A stretch of 64,000 nt of DNA. Origin: Gemmatimonadota bacterium (lineage in GTDB: Bacteria > Gemmatimonadota > Gemmatimonadetes > Palauibacterales > Palauibacteraceae). The notes under the pieces are model-generated. The model was not told the origin of the DNA, made no database searches, and worked only from the letters and a program-made list of their open reading frames with translations. Positions 60,879-64,000 of the stretch are shown piece by piece. A program made the translations under genes and the position numbers. Positions within the stretch are counted from its first letter, which is position 1. The number at the start of each line of letters is the position of its first letter. The stretch spans positions 2,912,001 to 2,976,000 of the forward strand of contig OY762926.1 in assembly GCA_963666735.1 (NCBI GenBank), given 5' to 3'.

Positions 60879-61578
60879 GCCGCTGGCCCCTTGCGGTTCG
60901 AGCGGCGCGCCCACGCCCCGGTTCCTGGTGTACACGGTCGCCCTTCGCGTCGTAGAGCTCGTCCGGCGGGAGGGGTTTACGGGCCGTCTGGGCCGCTTCG
61001 CTGAGCGGGGTTAGCGCCGGCATGAGGCGCGTCCGCCCTCGGCCAAGTGCCAAATGTGCCTCCCGAAACTGCTGATCCGCCAACATCTCGAACGGGCTCG
61101 TACCCCCACGGGCATCGAGCAGAGCCGCACGCGTGCCGCGTGCCGTGCCACGGTCGGCATCCCGGACAACATCCAGCACACGCATGAGCCGCTCGTGGTT
61201 GGTGGCGTTCAACGGCTTCCCGCTGGCCCAGAAGTGGACGCTGCGGCGCGATACCCCGAACAGCCCGGCGAGCTGCTCCCAAGTCAGGCCAGAGATTCGA
61301 CGCAACTCAGAGACGGCCTTACGGGTGGTCTCCGTCTCGATCTCCATCTGCGTCACCACAGCGTCGCGGCTTGGTCCGCCAGCGGTCGTCTCAAGATCGC
61401 GTACGTACGGTTCCCCCCAGATCTTCGTGGGCTCTGCAGACGACGTGCAGCCGATCCACAACGCGCCGCTTACCATGATCACCGACAGCGGGGCGCGATC
61501 CCGGATGCCGGCGTGACCGGCAAGGGACGTCGTTCCGTCACTGACGGCCGACTCGCGTAGCAGGGATTCGAGGGTCAT
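60865..61578 (-). CDS. XRE-type HTH protein
   Basis: ELRRISGLTWEQLAGLFGVSRRSVHFWASGKPL. Confidence 0.75.
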   Translation of the reverse strand: MTLESLLRESAVSDGTTSLAGHAGIRDRAPLSVIMVSGALWIGCTSSAEPTKIWGEPYVRDLETTAGGPSRDAVVTQMEIETETTRKAVSELRRISGLTWEQLAGLFGVSRRSVHFWASGKPLNATNHERLMRVLDVVRDADRGTARGTRAALLDARGGTSPFEMLADQQFREAHLALGRGRTRLMPALTPLSEAAQTARKPLPPDELYDAKGDRVHQEPGRGRAARTARGQRRGRG

Positions 61579-62387
61579 GGCTCACCTCCGTACCGTCGCA
61601 GAAACTCATCCGTGACCGCCCAGCGGAAGATGCTGTAGATGCGTTCGGCGAAGCCTCGCGCCTGCTCGACCACGGAGTCGACATCGAGCCGCCGGCTGCC
61701 GGCCTGAAACGACTGGGAGGCGTCGGCATCAAGGATCCAGCTGGGCTCGTCGATAGGGTCCAGCGCGCCAGGGTCAATCGTGCTGTGCGGTGCAAGCAGT
61801 CCCCAGCGGGCGGTAATCTGACCCGTGTTCCCGGGCAGTATGAACACGCTTTGCGAGACGGCGTGCTGAGCACGTGCGGCGAGCGGGGATCTGAGGATGC
61901 CCGCCACTTCCGGTCGAACGAGCTGCGGAAGAGCGCTCAGGTTTTCCCCGGACACGCGATCGATGTAACGGACGCCGATGCGATCCAATACCTGCGGATC
62001 GACGTGCTCCTTGAGTGCTCCCAGGATCCGCCTCAAGCGCTCCATGAAATCTTCACGGCTCGTGTATTCCGTGGTTTCCAGCGCGAGGAAGGTGGGTGCC
62101 AACGTGACACGCCATGCCCCGCTCGCTTCGCTGAAGCGCCATAAGGTGTTCGATCGTGTGGTGTCCACCACTCCCTGTGGGCCCAGGACGACGCTGCGCT
62201 CCTCCTCCGGGCGCAGCACCGGGTAGAACTCCCGAATGGCCTCCTGAAACGGCGCAATGAAGTCACGCTTCTCCACCGACGCGATGAGCGGAAAGCGCAC
62301 CTGGGCGATGACCCGCACGAGCGGCGGGTCAGTCAGCGGCACCTCGGGCGGGGGTGGCCCGGTCAGAGGCGTGTCGGCAGCAATCAC
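61575..62387 (-). CDS. TIGR04255-like family protein
   Basis: PPLVRVIAQVRFP, LALETTEYTSREDF, RIGVRYIDR, WILDAD, IFRWAVTDEF. Confidence 0.75.
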   Translation of the reverse strand: MIAADTPLTGPPPPEVPLTDPPLVRVIAQVRFPLIASVEKRDFIAPFQEAIREFYPVLRPEEERSVVLGPQGVVDTTRSNTLWRFSEASGAWRVTLAPTFLALETTEYTSREDFMERLRRILGALKEHVDPQVLDRIGVRYIDRVSGENLSALPQLVRPEVAGILRSPLAARAQHAVSQSVFILPGNTGQITARWGLLAPHSTIDPGALDPIDEPSWILDADASQSFQAGSRRLDVDSVVEQARGFAERIYSIFRWAVTDEFLRRYGGEP

Positions 62388-62440
62388 GTGATGGCTCGTT
62401 TGTCGATGAACGGCGTCGCTGTGCGGTGGCTTGCCAGGAA

Positions 62441-62469
62441 ATCATACCGCAGGGTGTCCCGTTTGTGAA
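62441..62469 (-). promoter_or_regulatory. Sigma70-like promoter for the TIGR04255 cassette
   Basis: Minus strand TTCACA -17 bp- TATGAT. Confidence 0.55.
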
Positions 62470-62505
62470 GTAGAGTGTGAAATGGACTCGGAAGGTTGCC
62501 CGGAT

Positions 62506-63490
62506 GAGGAGCAGGTTGTCGGCGATCGCGGCGATCTCCTCGGCTTCGCGCCACGCTCGCTCCAACTGCGCCAGTTCGCCTTCGAGCGCGCGCCGTTCCT
62601 GCTCTTCGTGCAGCGCCATCTCCAGCGCGAGGCGCGTGGGCTTGGGCATCTGGCGGACCCACCCGGGTCCGGACAGCCGGACCTTTCTCCCGCGCCCAGG
62701 CGCAGGGAGTTCGCGCGCAGTGGTAGCGGACCCTCGCTCGGCGGAATCGGCGATGAACCGATGCGGGTCGCCGTGGGATTCGATCCGGGACACCGCTTCC
62801 CGGATGTGGCGAGCCGCGGCGCCGGCGCCATTGACCAGGGGAAGAAGAGCGTTGATGGCCCGCCCGGCATCGTCGCCCTCGAACGAGTCCGGACCTTTCC
62901 GTGAGAGCGGCCCGTGGTGGATCTCGACGCGAAAGCCGGGTTCGTCGTCGTCGGCCCGTATCCGGGCGAATTGGGTGACGTGCTCCCGTGCGAGCTCGTA
63001 GCGCGTGCCATCGGAACGCCGGAACTCCGCTACATTGGCCCGCCTGTTCAGCAGTCGTTGCACCGTCGCCAACGCCAGCCCGGCGCCGGCGCCGCTCAGC
63101 GCGGCTGCGCCAGCTCCCGCGACCAACCCGCCCGTCACCAGGTTGATGGTCGCGTAGGTACTGAGGTTCGCCGCCACCCCCGCCGACCCGGCCGCGATCC
63201 AGCGCCGGCGCCGACGGCGGAACTGGTCGCCGTAGCGCCAGGCGGCGAACTCGGGACGGAGGGGCTCGCCGATGCGGACCAGTTCGAGGCCTTCAGTGTG
63301 CCGGGCCAGGCCGACGTTTTCGGTGGAGGTGCGGATCCGCGTCGCGCGGAAGAGCCTTTCGCAGGTCTCGACACACCACCCAGAGGCGACCCTTCGCCGG
63401 ATCGAAGGCAAGGCGACGGCCGACGGGGAAGGGCTCCACGACCTCGTTCGAGCCTAGGGGCTTCTTCCAGAACATGCAGGTCCGGTACAC
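62506..63490 (-). pseudogene. Copy C: near-full conserved hypothetical gene (frameshift/deletion near 63370, 3' end replaced)
   Basis: MYRTCMF..FPVGRRLAFDPAKGRLWVVC, then other frame ETCERLF..EFAAWRYGDQF..LEMALHEEQERRAL; homology to copies A/B ends at DNLLL. Confidence 0.8.
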
Positions 63491-63589
63491 GGCGGTCGGG
63501 AACGCTCGAGTTCAGGAATGTTCGACGGGTGTCATGTTCGCTCGTGGGCATTCTGCGTCGGCAACGGTCAGGCGAAAATGATTGTGGAA

Positions 63590-63840
63590 GTCCGGGCCTG
63601 AGGGTGAAGGGGTGGACGACTTGGTACGAGTTCGTCGACGAGATGCAGGCCGACCTCGACGCCTGAATCGGGACCTACAACCGGAAGCGTGGGCATCGGG
63701 GGCGCGACATGGGGGGCGGACGTCCTACCAGGTGCGCGCGAACGGGATCCGGAAGACGTCAGTCGAAAAGGCCGCGAAGACCGCAGCCTGAAGCGCTGAC
63801 GTCGGCGAGGCCGTCTGTCAGCTGATGACCGTACCCGTAC
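63590..63840 (+). pseudogene. IS481-family transposase C-terminal relic and end
   Basis: LRVKGWTTWYEFVDEMQADLDA*IGTYNRKRGH..GGRTSYQV, then TGTCAGCTGATGACCGTACCCGTAC end-like sequence. Confidence 0.65.
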
Positions 63841-64000
63841 CCCCCAAAATGCGACACGCACACGCAGCCAGATGCTCCACACCACGCAGGTGGGGAGGAC
63901 GCGTCTTCGTCGGAATCCGCAGGTCCTACCGGCTACTGGTCGCGCTGGCCTACGCCTGCGACGTCGACCTCGACGATCTACCTGCGACACAGGCCCAGCC

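Noticed and set aside
1..64000. tRNA, rRNA or CRISPR arrays
   Set aside because: None recognised by eye; a covariance-model scan would be needed to exclude short RNAs.

Overview
GC-rich bacterial window. Gene content (DUF1592/DUF1552 cluster, choice-of-anchor B, 6-bladed propellers, ankyrin and Sel1 repeats, a TAT-less reductive dehalogenase) suggests a Gemmatimonadota-like, possibly sponge-associated lineage; this is inference only. 1-18.4 kb is mostly intact housekeeping and envelope genes plus a VapBC pair. 18.4-21.2 kb holds decayed toxin-antitoxin relics. An Erm/KsgA-like rRNA methyltransferase pseudogene is split by a ~13.3 kb integrative mobilizable element (21554-34853) with a 9-bp att duplication GCCGTGGTG. 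The element carries a tyrosine integrase, oriT-like hairpin, MobC, relaxase, a Sel1 protein, an 806-aa Zn-ribbon/PD-(D/E)xK protein, a Cys-rich peptide/DsbA/propeller cassette and several IS. It is followed by fabH, a TonB-dependent receptor pseudogene with a 96-bp in-place inversion, and an agmatinase-family gene. 40-63.8 kb is a defence/TA hotspot: an Abi-like HEPN gene with a structured upstream RNA candidate, HigBA, two HTH-ImmA/IrrE + PIN pairs, nested IS3 elements, IS630, IetAS-like AAA + S8 protease, Vsr-C5 MTase-endonuclease and a TIGR04255-like three-gene cassette. These cassettes are separated by diverged partial copies of flanking genes, suggesting stacked acquisition. All family calls come from motif recognition by eye, not database searches.
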